DNA of 64,000 nucleotides from Escherichia coli. GTDB taxonomy: Bacteria; Pseudomonadota; Gammaproteobacteria; Enterobacterales; Enterobacteriaceae. Numbering within the stretch: position 1 is the first letter of the stretch; each line of letters opens with the position of its first letter. The stretch lies in the NCBI RefSeq assembly GCF_051903065.1, contig NZ_CP178438.1. One strand, given 5' to 3'. The notes under the pieces are model-generated. The model worked only from the letters and a program-made list of their open reading frames with translations, had not been told where the DNA came from and made no database searches. Positions 22,330 through 31,683 of this stretch are shown one piece after another. Both the position numbers and the translations under genes were made by a program.

Positions 22330-23617
22330 CCACGATCATTGAAACGTGAACGTTATTAGATGTGCTCCCGTAATCCGTTCTTATTCTTTCCGCTATGCTG
22401 ATAAAACGTGAAAGCTTAGGTAGCGCAATTGGATAAACGACTTTAGCCAGTCCATTATCATTAGAACCACCCGTTCCAAAGACTTCTATTGCACCATCTG
22501 ACCAGCGTATCCATGCACCATTGGCATTAGCTCCTCGTTGAATGACATATCTGGCTTCTCCCAAACCAAGGTATGCGAGAAGACCAGCTACATCCTTTCC
22601 ACTCAAATTGGTAAGCGTATTGTCCAGCGGTTGTTTACCTGCCAGCGCATTAAGCATTGTCGTGGCAAAGTTCGGATCATTCCCCAGTGCCGCCGCCAGT
22701 TCGTTCAGTGTATCCAGTGCCGCAGGTGCAGAACCCACCATTGCTGCAATCGCTGATTTCACAAAAGCCGTGGTGGCAATCTGTGTATTGTTGACCGACT
22801 GTGCCGCAGTAGGTGCGGTTGGCGTTCCGGTGAGTGCCGGACTCGACAGCGGCGCTTTCAGTGCCAGTGCATTGTTAATGGTGGTACTGAATTTCGGATC
22901 ATTGTTAATGGCTGCGGCTATTTCTTTCAGCGTGTCCAGCGTGGCTGGCGCACCATTAATAAGAGCCGTCAGAGCCGCCTGAACAAACGCGGTGGTCGCA
23001 ATCTGCGTGGTGTTATTCCCTGCTGCTGGCGTTGGCGCTTTGGGTGTCCCGGTAAACGTCGGACTTTCTTTGGGTGCATACTGTGAATGCGGGTCCGGTG
23101 CGGCAAGATGTTTTGCCATCTGATCATCCGCGTACACCTTCAGCTCCAGTGCCTTGTCATCCACATACTTGCGGGTTGCCAGCACTACAGCAGGGTCGAT
23201 TTTCAGGGTGATATTGTCCGTGCTGCTGGTAATCAGCACCATGCGCACGGTCTGAGTGCGCCCGCTACCTTCAGCCAGTTGCGGCTTATAGCTTTCCGGG
23301 CAGTTGCCCACGGCAATCAATGCCTCGGACTCATCAAACAGGCCCACTTCACGAATCCACCAACCGCCCTCGTTTTCAGGGATCACCTGTTCGGCAATAA
23401 TCTGGCTGCTGTTCTGCGGGTCGATATAGAGCATATTCAGCGCAGCCCGGCGTTTCTCATTTACCAGTGCAGTCTGCTTTGAGTCTGGCGTTGGCAATAC
23501 TCCGCCGCCATCGCCGACCGCCATATGGGTAATTTTTAGCGGCACACCGAGCGCGGCGGCGCTGGCAAGTTTCGCCGCGCCAATATCCGTCAGCAGGGTA
23601 TAAAATTTTGTGCTCAT
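22226..23617 (-). CDS. Tail fibre protein H (constant N-terminal part plus currently expressed variable C-terminus)
   Basis: 463-aa ORF with internal roughly 56-aa tandem repeat (NTTQIATTAFV...). Confidence 0.88.
   Translation of the reverse strand: MSTKFYTLLTDIGAAKLASAAALGVPLKITHMAVGDGGGVLPTPDSKQTALVNEKRRAALNMLYIDPQNSSQIIAEQVIPENEGGWWIREVGLFDESEALIAVGNCPESYKPQLAEGSGRTQTVRMVLITSSTDNITLKIDPAVVLATRKYVDDKALELKVYADDQMAKHLAAPDPHSQYAPKESPTFTGTPKAPTPAAGNNTTQIATTAFVQAALTALINGAPATLDTLKEIAAAINNDPKFSTTINNALALKAPLSSPALTGTPTAPTAAQSVNNTQIATTAFVKSAIAAMVGSAPAALDTLNELAAALGNDPNFATTMLNALAGKQPLDNTLTNLSGKDVAGLLAYLGLGEARYVIQRGANANGAWIRWSDGAIEVFGTGGSNDNGLAKVVYPIALPKLSRFISIAERIRTDYGSTSNNVHVSMIVDDQVTNTGFYVRCQMYDGRPSTSAFSWRVYCAPV
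22555..22578. repeat. Invertase crossover site inside tail-fibre gene H
   Basis: TTCTCCCAAACCAAGGTATGCGAG; inverted-repeat partner of 21022-21045; coincides with the LGLGE coding position of H. Confidence 0.65.
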
Positions 23618-24219
23618 GGATTCACTCTCATTGTGTCAATAACATGGACCGCCCCGCCTTCATGCGCGGTGCCGCCAGAAATAATTGTTTCGTTGATATA
23701 CGGATAGATCGTGATTTCTTCGCCAAGATAGCTGGCGGCTCCCACCCAATGCGGGCCGCTGGTCTGCAGATTGATGGACATGCCGATCATGTGGCGGCTA
23801 CATGGTTTGGCATCGCTTATCAGTCGCTCAAGTTCCAGATAGGTATCTTCAGTGATGCCCTGGTCCTGCACGCCGATATCCAGGCGAAACGTGCCCGGAG
23901 CCTCTCCGGTCTGCCACCACTCAATAATGCGGATCAGGAATCCGAACGGTTCCACCACCCGCCGCACGGCACTGGTGGTTCCTTTATGCTGATGAATATA
24001 AAAAGCATCCTTCACTACCTGGCGTTTGACGCTTTCTGTCCAGCCCTCGTCCCAGCGATCCACAGAGAACGCCCAGGCGAGATAAGGCAGGAAGCTGACC
24101 GGGCAGGTAGCCGGATTCCACAAGTCACGCAGCGGCACCTGCAGATCAGAAATCCCGCTACAGGTTTGCGCCAGTCGGCGCTCCAGTGAAGTTGAACCCG
24201 GTGGCAGCAGACTATTCAT
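23614..24219 (-). CDS. Baseplate protein I
   Basis: 201-aa ORF at the P2 I position, coupled to J and H. Confidence 0.8.
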   Translation of the reverse strand: MNSLLPPGSTSLERRLAQTCSGISDLQVPLRDLWNPATCPVSFLPYLAWAFSVDRWDEGWTESVKRQVVKDAFYIHQHKGTTSAVRRVVEPFGFLIRIIEWWQTGEAPGTFRLDIGVQDQGITEDTYLELERLISDAKPCSRHMIGMSINLQTSGPHWVGAASYLGEEITIYPYINETIISGGTAHEGGAVHVIDTMRVNP

Positions 24220-25159
24220 CCGTTCCTCCGTTGGTTACGCTCCACTGCGTACATGATGCCGCCTGTGTTTTGTTCAGGACCACATCCGCCAGAGGAGAAG
24301 CCAGCTCCACACGCTGCACACCCTCAACATGCAGGGCGGCAAAGATGGCGCTACGGCGAATATCCCGACCAAGACGCGTCTGACTGGCGATGTACTTCTG
24401 CAGGCTGGCTTTTGCCGCTGCCATTACCGGCTCTGCTTCCGGTCCCGGATAGAGAAAAATGGTGGCTTCCACGCGATACGGGATGATTTCTGCGCTGCGA
24501 ACCGTCAGACGGTCAGCCACCGGGCGGACGTTCTCACTGTTCAGAGCTTTTTCCACCACGTCCAGCAGGTCTTTTTCTGCAGTTCCATCGCCTTCGCGGC
24601 TAAGGACAGTCAGCACCACCTCTGCAGGTGCCGGGCTGGTTGCACTGGCATCCGCCACCCGACCGTCGGCGCTTCGGGCATGAAATTCATAAGCTGCAGT
24701 TGGCCCCGCAACAGAAAGCCCTTCAAAGGCTGCAGGCACACGCAGGCGTAACGCTTCATCGCTTTCCATCACAGCTGCAACGGGCGGCACAGCATCATTA
24801 TCAGCAGGCGTCACCGTCAGGCGTGTCACGTTGTAGTTGGCAGCGAGCTGGTCAAGATCGCCGCCCATCGCGTAAGCCACCATCACCGCCTGCGCGGCTT
24901 CGTTAATGCGCTGGCGCAGAAGCAACTCACGGTAAGCGTTCTCCTGCAACAATTTAGTGACGGGTTCAGATTCCAGTTCCAGCGTTCGGATCACGGCTTC
25001 CTGCTCATCTTTCGGATGAAGCGCCACAAATTCTGCCTTGCGTTCGGCAAGCAGCGTCTCAAAGTCCGGCACATCCACAATCTGCGGTGCAGGCAACTGC
25101 GAAAGGTCAATCACTGCCATTCTCTGCTCCTGTTGATACGGAAAGGGACACAGGCACAC
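24212..25159 (-). CDS. Baseplate protein J
   Basis: 315-aa ORF at the P2 J position. Confidence 0.85.
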   Translation of the reverse strand: MCLCPFPYQQEQRMAVIDLSQLPAPQIVDVPDFETLLAERKAEFVALHPKDEQEAVIRTLELESEPVTKLLQENAYRELLLRQRINEAAQAVMVAYAMGGDLDQLAANYNVTRLTVTPADNDAVPPVAAVMESDEALRLRVPAAFEGLSVAGPTAAYEFHARSADGRVADASATSPAPAEVVLTVLSREGDGTAEKDLLDVVEKALNSENVRPVADRLTVRSAEIIPYRVEATIFLYPGPEAEPVMAAAKASLQKYIASQTRLGRDIRRSAIFAALHVEGVQRVELASPLADVVLNKTQAASCTQWSVTNGGTDE

Positions 25160-25466
25160 CGTTATTCCGCCGCCCGGTCAGCTCCACCACCATAGAACCG
25201 TCAAAGTTGCTGTTGATGGTGATGGAATCCAGCGTCAGCCGTGGCTCCCAGCGACTCAGCGCCACATACACTGCCGACATGACCTGCAGGCGTAATGCCG
25301 GATTTTGTGGCTGATCTATTAAAACCGACAGGAGGGAACCATATTCCCGGCGGGCAATACGGCTACCCTGCGGTGTCAGCAGAATGTCCCGCACCGACTG
25401 GCGCAGATGATCAATATCAGTAATGACTTTGCCGCTGGTATTGTTCATCCCGCTATAAAGCGTCAT
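25107..25466 (-). CDS. Baseplate protein W (gp25-like)
   Basis: 119-aa ORF at the P2 W position. Confidence 0.8.
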   Translation of the reverse strand: MTLYSGMNNTSGKVITDIDHLRQSVRDILLTPQGSRIARREYGSLLSVLIDQPQNPALRLQVMSAVYVALSRWEPRLTLDSITINSNFDGSMVVELTGRRNNGVPVSLSVSTGAENGSD

Positions 25467-26041
25467 ACCGGGCCTCCGGTTGTATCGCCGCCTTTCAGGA
25501 CGCCAGTATGCTGATGCGCATCAACCACGATCCCGTTAGAACTCATCGCTCCGCCGCCCTGGGTAACGCCACCATTGATCACCACTTCGCTGTTAATGCG
25601 CGTGCGGTCAGCCTCCAGTACAAACTCACTGGTTTTCATGGTGATGTTGTCAGCAGCCTCAATGACCATTGATTTGATGCCCCTGACATACCAGCGCCCG
25701 GTGGCGGGTTCGTATTCAAACCAGCCACCGTCAGGATGTTCTGTCACGCAGGCGTCCGCCGACGTCGACGGTGGTGCGAACTGATTCGAATAGACAGCGG
25801 GCAGCGCAAAGGCGGTTTCCAGATTGCCGCCCAGACTCAGCAGCACCACCTGCTCACCTTCCGATGGTCGCCACCATGTACGGGCATTCCCGGCACGCAG
25901 CGTCAGCCAGCTGATCCAGTTGGTTTCAAGCTCGCCCGTTTTCACCCGGCAAAGCCAGTTTTCCCTGTCCACTTCGGTGACTACCCCTGTGCGGATCAGG
26001 TTGGTGATAAGGCGCATGATTTCGGTTAATTGTGCGTTCAT
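25463..26041 (-). CDS. Baseplate spike/assembly protein V
   Basis: 192-aa ORF at the P2 V position. Confidence 0.85.
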   Translation of the reverse strand: MNAQLTEIMRLITNLIRTGVVTEVDRENWLCRVKTGELETNWISWLTLRAGNARTWWRPSEGEQVVLLSLGGNLETAFALPAVYSNQFAPPSTSADACVTEHPDGGWFEYEPATGRWYVRGIKSMVIEAADNITMKTSEFVLEADRTRINSEVVINGGVTQGGGAMSSNGIVVDAHQHTGVLKGGDTTGGPV

Positions 26042-26109
26042 AGGGAAAGGTTGCCATCAGGGGAAGAAAGGCGGCAATGCTGCAACTTGTATCAGTGCTG
26101 ATACAAAGA

Positions 26110-26556
26110 TCACCCCGCCAGCCATTGCAGAATCATGTCACGGGTCATTGCCTCAACATCATCATTTACACCCAGAAGGCGACGCTCTGCGTAACGCACC
26201 TCCGGTCCCTTACGACTGACGCGATCTCGCAGGCCGTAATGGTGAACGCGGGCAATGCGCTGCACCTTGCCTTCAAACTGCACGCTGGCAGAGTCGGTGC
26301 TGGCGGCAGTTTTCAGGTATTTTGTGGTGCGCAGCTTTGCAAACATCTGACGTTTGATACGGCCTTTTTTACTGCGTGCTGTTACCCGTCGCGGTTCATA
26401 GCTGCTGCCGTCAGGGTTGCGCTGCATCCTGATATTCTGCTGCTGTGTCCGGCGAAGTTCCTGCGCCAGCTGGCGCATCATGCGGCTTCTCGTGGCTGGT
26501 TCCAGATTCGCCAGCAAGGCACTCAGCCAGTCGTCCACCTTCTGCAGTTCAGCCAC
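26110..26556 (-). CDS. Tail completion protein S
   Basis: 148-aa ORF at the P2 S position. Confidence 0.75.
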   Translation of the reverse strand: MAELQKVDDWLSALLANLEPATRSRMMRQLAQELRRTQQQNIRMQRNPDGSSYEPRRVTARSKKGRIKRQMFAKLRTTKYLKTAASTDSASVQFEGKVQRIARVHHYGLRDRVSRKGPEVRYAERRLLGVNDDVEAMTRDMILQWLAG

Positions 26557-27001
26557 GTTTCACCGTCCACATTTCTTCAGGTGCATCAGGTTCCGCTATA
26601 GCTTCAACGCTCGACACACTGCCGTCAGTGCTGACCAGCACACGCTCCGTCAGTTGCAGGTTCAGGCTGATATCACAGACATCGTTGCGCAGAATATCCA
26701 CCTCAAAGGTGAATAACTTTTCCCGTAAAGCTGGATTATTGATGGCATCGGGCTGGTTATCCCGCAGCCACAGCAAAACCGGGGCCATCAGCAGATTCTG
26801 GTCGCCGCTGAAATCCTCAATCACCACGTTCAGGGTGTAGCGGTACTCCCATGACATGGAGCTGGCCCCCGTGGCAACCAGCGAACCGTTATCCACAAAC
26901 AGATGCAGTTTGTCCGGGTTATTGCGGACATAAGGCACCGCCTTATTGAGTGCGTGGCGCAGGGATTGTGGTTTGTTCACTATTTCGCTCCTGACACGCA
27001 A
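26549..27001 (-). CDS. Tail completion protein R
   Basis: 150-aa ORF at the P2 R position. Confidence 0.75.
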   Translation of the reverse strand: MRVRSEIVNKPQSLRHALNKAVPYVRNNPDKLHLFVDNGSLVATGASSMSWEYRYTLNVVIEDFSGDQNLLMAPVLLWLRDNQPDAINNPALREKLFTFEVDILRNDVCDISLNLQLTERVLVSTDGSVSSVEAIAEPDAPEEMWTVKRG

Positions 27002-27233
27002 TAATCATGTCCACTTTGTCTGCACAGACCGCCCAGGCGGCCTCCGTTTCATCCAGCAACGCGTTCAGATCACCGTTAGTGTGCGGCGCTGTCTGATCCA
27101 GCCGACACGGCGTCACTCGCGGACAGCCACTGACGGTAAGCTGCACCTCCGGTGAATGCCGGGCGTTTCCGCAGCCGGATAATGTCAGCAGGCAAAGGAG
27201 TATCAGCCCAGCGGCGTAAATCCTCGTTCTCAC
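26943..27233 (-). CDS. Outer-membrane spanin lipoprotein (LysC/Rz1-like), embedded in lysB
   Basis: Signal peptide with LSGC lipobox; overlaps the 3' part of the Rz-like gene in another frame. Confidence 0.6.
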   Translation of the reverse strand: MRTRIYAAGLILLCLLTLSGCGNARHSPEVQLTVSGCPRVTPCRLDQTAPHTNGDLNALLDETEAAWAVCADKVDMIIACQERNSEQTTIPAPRTQ

Positions 27234-27504
27234 GTTTCAGTTCCTCGATCCGGTGTTGTCGTTGACTCAGCAGCGCGCTAGTCTGTTCTGCTTCGGCATA
27301 GAGCCGCGCCTGCTCCCGGTTATTGGTTTCAGCCAGAATGGACAGACCGATCAGCTGGCTGTTTTTCTTCGTCAGTTCCTGCGCTTTACTTTTCAGCGCC
27401 GTGCGCTGCGTTTCGATGGTGTGGCTGGCGCTGTTAAGCCGCCACGACTGCCAGCCCAGCGCAACGAGTGCCAGCGCCACCACTACTGCCAGTGCACGCG
27501 TCAT
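27076..27504 (-). CDS. Inner-membrane spanin (LysB/Rz-like)
   Basis: N-terminal TM helix followed by a charged coiled coil; downstream of the endolysin. Confidence 0.75.
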   Translation of the reverse strand: MTRALAVVVALALVALGWQSWRLNSASHTIETQRTALKSKAQELTKKNSQLIGLSILAETNNREQARLYAEAEQTSALLSQRQHRIEELKRENEDLRRWADTPLPADIIRLRKRPAFTGGAAYRQWLSASDAVSAGSDSAAH

Positions 27505-28016
27505 AGTCCAGCTCCTTTAAGGCACCAGGCCATCTCCCGCGCACGGCGGTTATCCAGCCCCTGATTAAACACACCTTTTACATACACCCAGCGCGGCAAC
27601 TGTCGGCACGCATCCGCCCAGCGCCGCTGATTGAGCAATTTCACCAGCGTGGAACTACAGGCATTGCCCGTCCCCACGTTGAAGGCAAACGACACCGTAG
27701 CGTCATACACCTTCTGCGGTGGCTGTTGCTTCACACACCTTTCCAGCGCCCGCTCCACACGTAGCACGTTGGAGATCAGCCCTTCCGCTGCCTGTCGTTC
27801 CGTAATGGTTTTGCCTGGAATGACGCCAGATGTATTACCAATGCCGTCGGTCCAGACACCCGCGCTGCACTGATACGGCTGCAGACGACAGCCTTCGTAA
27901 TCGGCAATCAGTTTCAGCCCCTCCACGGAGGTGTGAAGCTGCTGAAAACCCGGCAGCGTGGCAGCAATAGCCAGCACGGCCCCGACAAGGCAGCGTTTAA
28001 CGATTGATGGATTCAT
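27501..28016 (-). CDS. Endolysin, T4-lysozyme-type with signal-anchor N-terminus (SAR-like)
   Basis: EGLKLIADYEGCRLQPYQCSAGVWTDGIGNT catalytic motif; hydrophobic N-terminal segment. Confidence 0.85.
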   Translation of the reverse strand: MNPSIVKRCLVGAVLAIAATLPGFQQLHTSVEGLKLIADYEGCRLQPYQCSAGVWTDGIGNTSGVIPGKTITERQAAEGLISNVLRVERALERCVKQQPPQKVYDATVSFAFNVGTGNACSSTLVKLLNQRRWADACRQLPRWVYVKGVFNQGLDNRRAREMAWCLKGAGL

Positions 28017-28212
28017 AGTCCTCCCGCGAGATCTGCCCGTCGCGCAGAAGCTGGTAGGCTTTGTGTTTGTAGTACCAGTTGATAGCCAGCATCAGCACAC
28101 CAATCATCAGGCCGCCCAGCGTTGAGGCATCCTTGATGGACAAATCGCCCAGCCAGGCCAGCACAACGGCGATGCAGTACGTGATAAAGGCGCTGATTCG
28201 CTCAAGCGTCAT
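27997..28212 (-). CDS. Holin
   Basis: 71-aa protein with two TM helices and a charged C-terminus, immediately upstream of the endolysin. Confidence 0.75.
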   Translation of the reverse strand: MTLERISAFITYCIAVVLAWLGDLSIKDASTLGGLMIGVLMLAINWYYKHKAYQLLRDGQISREDYESINR

Positions 28213-28215
28213 AAT

Positions 28216-28419
28216 TCAGTCCCATAGCTGGACGGTCTGCACGGTGGTGGTGGTCGGAATGTCCGGCAGCTCCACCTGCAGCCCGTGAGGTAAAAAGGGG
28301 CCATATTCGGCAAGCCCCGGATTTGCCTTCAGTACCTGCTCCGTGACACCCTGCGTGCGCCCGTAATGACGCCAGCAAAGCGCGTCCACCGTGTCATACT
28401 GATGCGCACGCACTTTCAT
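28216..28419 (-). CDS. Tail protein X
   Basis: 67-aa ORF between L and the holin. Confidence 0.75.
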   Translation of the reverse strand: MKVRAHQYDTVDALCWRHYGRTQGVTEQVLKANPGLAEYGPFLPHGLQVELPDIPTTTTVQTVQLWD

Positions 28420-28946
28420 CAGATAAGCTCCACTGTGCAGTGCGGCGCATCCTGCACCCGGCTGATGGCCCAGCGGGCGTCACGCCACAAATCACCGCTT
28501 GATTCCGCCAGTTCCTCGCTCCGCTTCACACCGGATGCCGTGGCGTCATAGTCCTGGTAACGTTCGTTGAGCATGGCGCGAGCCCAGCAGTAAACCGCGT
28601 TGAAATAGTGCTGAATGCGCTCACTTTTCCCGTCCAGCTGTTCCGCCGGAACCTCAGCCAGCGACGCATACCCCAGCATCTGCTGGCGTCTGCGAAACTC
28701 ATACAGCTCTGCGTTAACCTCCGAAATTGCCGACAGCGCAACCTGCTTTAAACGCGGCTGCGTCACCGTGCCGTCAGTGCGCATGACACTGCGAAACTCC
28801 GACAGGTCCACATCAGGCCAGAACGGCGTATTCCTGATGATTTCCGCCTGTTCCGGTGCCTGTTCTGGCGCAACAAACTTCATGCTGCTTTCTCCTGAAA
28901 TAGAGGGCGGTGGACGGGGTTTTGATGTGGCAGTGCCTTTCGCCAC
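28419..28946 (-). CDS. Head completion/stabilisation protein L
   Basis: 175-aa ORF at the P2 L position. Confidence 0.8.
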   Translation of the reverse strand: MAKGTATSKPRPPPSISGESSMKFVAPEQAPEQAEIIRNTPFWPDVDLSEFRSVMRTDGTVTQPRLKQVALSAISEVNAELYEFRRRQQMLGYASLAEVPAEQLDGKSERIQHYFNAVYCWARAMLNERYQDYDATASGVKRSEELAESSGDLWRDARWAISRVQDAPHCTVELI

Positions 28947-28978
28947 CCCGTGCCGCCCGTGCGCGGGGGCACGTTCTG

Positions 28979-29629
28979 TCAGCGGCTGTCATTGCGCAGT
29001 CTGCGCTCCAGCTGCTGTTTGTCTTTTTTCACGCCACAGCGGGGATCGAGCTGTAGCGCATGGTTGAGATGATTAAGGGCGAACGCCGGATTGTTTTCAC
29101 TCAGAACAGCGCCAATCGCTTTATGCAGACGCGCCCGTGACTGGTCCGGCATATCCATACCGTCTGTCAGCTCCAGCGTCTGCAGCAACAGATCGGCATC
29201 AAAGCCGGTGGCGGCAAGCATTGCGCTCTGGGCTGCATCTGCCATTTCCTCTGCCAGCACGGTCTGCACGTTGCGGTTACCCAACGGCATCACCCAGCCA
29301 TGACGCAGGGCGTGACGCCCGATCTCCAGCGCCCCGGCATAATCTCCGGCATCAATGCGCCACAGCATCACGTACATCAGCACGTCATCCTGCTGTACGC
29401 CTCCGGCAGTCAGGACACCCTCTGCCCAGGCGGCGTACTTCGGCAGCAGTTCCACCTTAATTTCCGCTTTTTTGACCGTGGACTGAACGCCCTTGAGACG
29501 GCGGCGGTCTTCCGCCAGTTGCAGCAGCATCAGGTCATAGCCCGACGCGTGGCGAACGCTGCCGCCCTCGCGGGCGGCCTGTTCAGCCTGAACGCGCAGG
29601 CGATGCTGCCGTGCGGGACTCAGGCTCAT
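28979..29629 (-). CDS. Terminase endonuclease (small) subunit M
   Basis: 216-aa ORF at the P2 M position. Confidence 0.8.
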   Translation of the reverse strand: MSLSPARQHRLRVQAEQAAREGGSVRHASGYDLMLLQLAEDRRRLKGVQSTVKKAEIKVELLPKYAAWAEGVLTAGGVQQDDVLMYVMLWRIDAGDYAGALEIGRHALRHGWVMPLGNRNVQTVLAEEMADAAQSAMLAATGFDADLLLQTLELTDGMDMPDQSRARLHKAIGAVLSENNPAFALNHLNHALQLDPRCGVKKDKQQLERRLRNDSR

Positions 29630-29632
29630 GGG

Positions 29633-30691
29633 TTACGCTCCGGCTTCTGCTGCAGCGGCGCTGAAATCGCCAATCTGGATGTTTTCCACCAGTGCGGCGC
29701 AGCGGTAATCCTCAACCACATAGGCTTCGTTAACGGATTCAAAGTTTTCAATCCGGTCACGTTTCGGGTTGTCGATAACTGAACGGCGGCGGGTGTCTTC
29801 CTGCCAGTAGATGGACAGGTTATCCAGACGGGTGATCAGCAGCGCATTCGGCGGGAAGAACGGCGCACGCACGGCCTGCAGGCCACCCATGCGTTTCTGG
29901 CTGATGATCATATCGGCAGCCAGTTTTTCACTGTTTTCCTGCTCTTTGTTGACCAGCGGGAAATACTTGTCAGACAGCAGTTCACGACCGCAAATCACCA
30001 CCAGATCGTCATCGTCCTGGTAGACCACGTCGATAAGCTCATTGACGGCATCCATCACCACGGCGTCCAGGTTGGCATATTCGCCACCTTTACCGACTTT
30101 CACCGCACCCGGTGTGGTTTCACCGCCCGTGGTGGTGCTGCCCATGACGTGATCCGGTGCATCTTCACGGATTTTCTGCAGCCAGCCTTTGTTCACATCC
30201 TGCAGCAGCGGGCTTTCGCTACGGTTGGAGGTTTTCGCACGCTTCACGCCGTTAAAGCCGATCATGATGCGGTCCAGTGCCTGACGTTTTACGATGGCGT
30301 CACGGATACGCACCTGGAAATCCTGAAACTTCGCCCACAGGTCCAGCTTCGCGTAGGTCAGCACCGTGTCAAAGTTAGTCTGCTCGCATTTATATTCCAC
30401 ATCGACCATCAGCGTCGGATCGACAGGCTCACGCTCTTTAGCTGTGGTATCAGTGGTTCCGGCAATGGTGCTGCCAACACCCAGCCCCAGCAACTGACCA
30501 GACTGCTCAGTCACTGGCGTGACGTTAATCAGCGTCAGGAATGCGGCGGACTGCTGGATCTGATCTTCCAGCGTCTGCTGCACAGACGGCTCTACAGTGA
30601 ACTTGCTGGACAGTTCTTCAACGGCCACACCGTTCAGACGCGCCAGCTGCTGCAGGTAAGCGTTAAAAGCAAAGCGGGTATTCTTCTTCAT
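29633..30691 (-). CDS. Major capsid protein N
   Basis: 352-aa ORF at the P2 N position. Confidence 0.9.
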   Translation of the reverse strand: MKKNTRFAFNAYLQQLARLNGVAVEELSSKFTVEPSVQQTLEDQIQQSAAFLTLINVTPVTEQSGQLLGLGVGSTIAGTTDTTAKEREPVDPTLMVDVEYKCEQTNFDTVLTYAKLDLWAKFQDFQVRIRDAIVKRQALDRIMIGFNGVKRAKTSNRSESPLLQDVNKGWLQKIREDAPDHVMGSTTTGGETTPGAVKVGKGGEYANLDAVVMDAVNELIDVVYQDDDDLVVICGRELLSDKYFPLVNKEQENSEKLAADMIISQKRMGGLQAVRAPFFPPNALLITRLDNLSIYWQEDTRRRSVIDNPKRDRIENFESVNEAYVVEDYRCAALVENIQIGDFSAAAAEAGA

Positions 30692-30707
30692 CGGGTTTTG
30701 TGCTCCA

Positions 30708-31541
30708 TCAGCAATTGGTCAGAGTGTCAGCGTGGGCGTTACCGCCTGTTGCACGCTGGCGGTAGTCCTGGCGGCTGTCTTCATGACTCAGCTTATTCAC
30801 CAGTTCGTTAAAGGCGGTCTGCTGTGCCTGCAGGGCAGTCTCCAGCTCAGACAGACGTTCTTCCTGCTCAGACAGGGATTTTTCGGTGCGTGCGCTCAGG
30901 TTTTGCTGCTCAGTGGCGACCAGCTCCACGGCCTTATGCACATCAGAGAACCGGGCATCGTCGGACTGCTCTTTTTTGGTGAACAGCGCCGTGACGCGGG
31001 CAAACAGGGACGGCTTGTCCTCCTGGATTTCTTCCAGTTCGATCACCGTTTCCTCTGCGGCGGTAAAGAGATTGGCGGGATTCTGCTTGCGGTTTGCCAG
31101 CGGGTTATGGGCTGCACTGGCGCTGAATGTCAGCATTTCAGTGCCCAGACTGGCAGGGTCATCAGTGGCAGCCAGGCCGACCAGGTAGGCTTTGCCCGTA
31201 TCAGCAAACTTCGGGCTGACTTCCATAGAGGTGAATAATTTCTGGCCTTTTTTCACCAGTTCCACCAGGGATTCCGTTGGCTCAACGTCGGCATACAGCG
31301 CCATCTTGCCTGCCAACGGACCTTCCGTGATTTCTTCAGCAAACAGCGCCGTCACCTTGCCGTAGCGGTTAAAGGTGCTGTCCGGCAGATAAGACTTGAT
31401 GTGCTCAAGGTTAATCAGCGCGGTATACACCGCCGGGTTGTAGCTGGCTGCCATCTGTTCCAGCCATTCACGCTGGATTTCGCGTCCGTCGGTGGTGGCA
31501 CCTTCCACCCCGATGCGAAAACGCTTTGCTTTCACTGTCAT
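30708..31541 (-). CDS. Capsid scaffolding protein O
   Basis: 277-aa ORF with coiled-coil C-terminal part. Confidence 0.85.
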   Translation of the reverse strand: MTVKAKRFRIGVEGATTDGREIQREWLEQMAASYNPAVYTALINLEHIKSYLPDSTFNRYGKVTALFAEEITEGPLAGKMALYADVEPTESLVELVKKGQKLFTSMEVSPKFADTGKAYLVGLAATDDPASLGTEMLTFSASAAHNPLANRKQNPANLFTAAEETVIELEEIQEDKPSLFARVTALFTKKEQSDDARFSDVHKAVELVATEQQNLSARTEKSLSEQEERLSELETALQAQQTAFNELVNKLSHEDSRQDYRQRATGGNAHADTLTNC

Positions 31542-31683
31542 GAGCCGTGCTCCGTTAGAAAAAACTTACTGGAGCCTTATGGTTGCGGTGATGGGGGCAG
31601 TGAAACAATGCGCGGTATTTGTACCGACAACCACACAAACCGCAGGCGGGGAAAGCCTTCATTCAAGGCTGTAGGTTTGTGCC

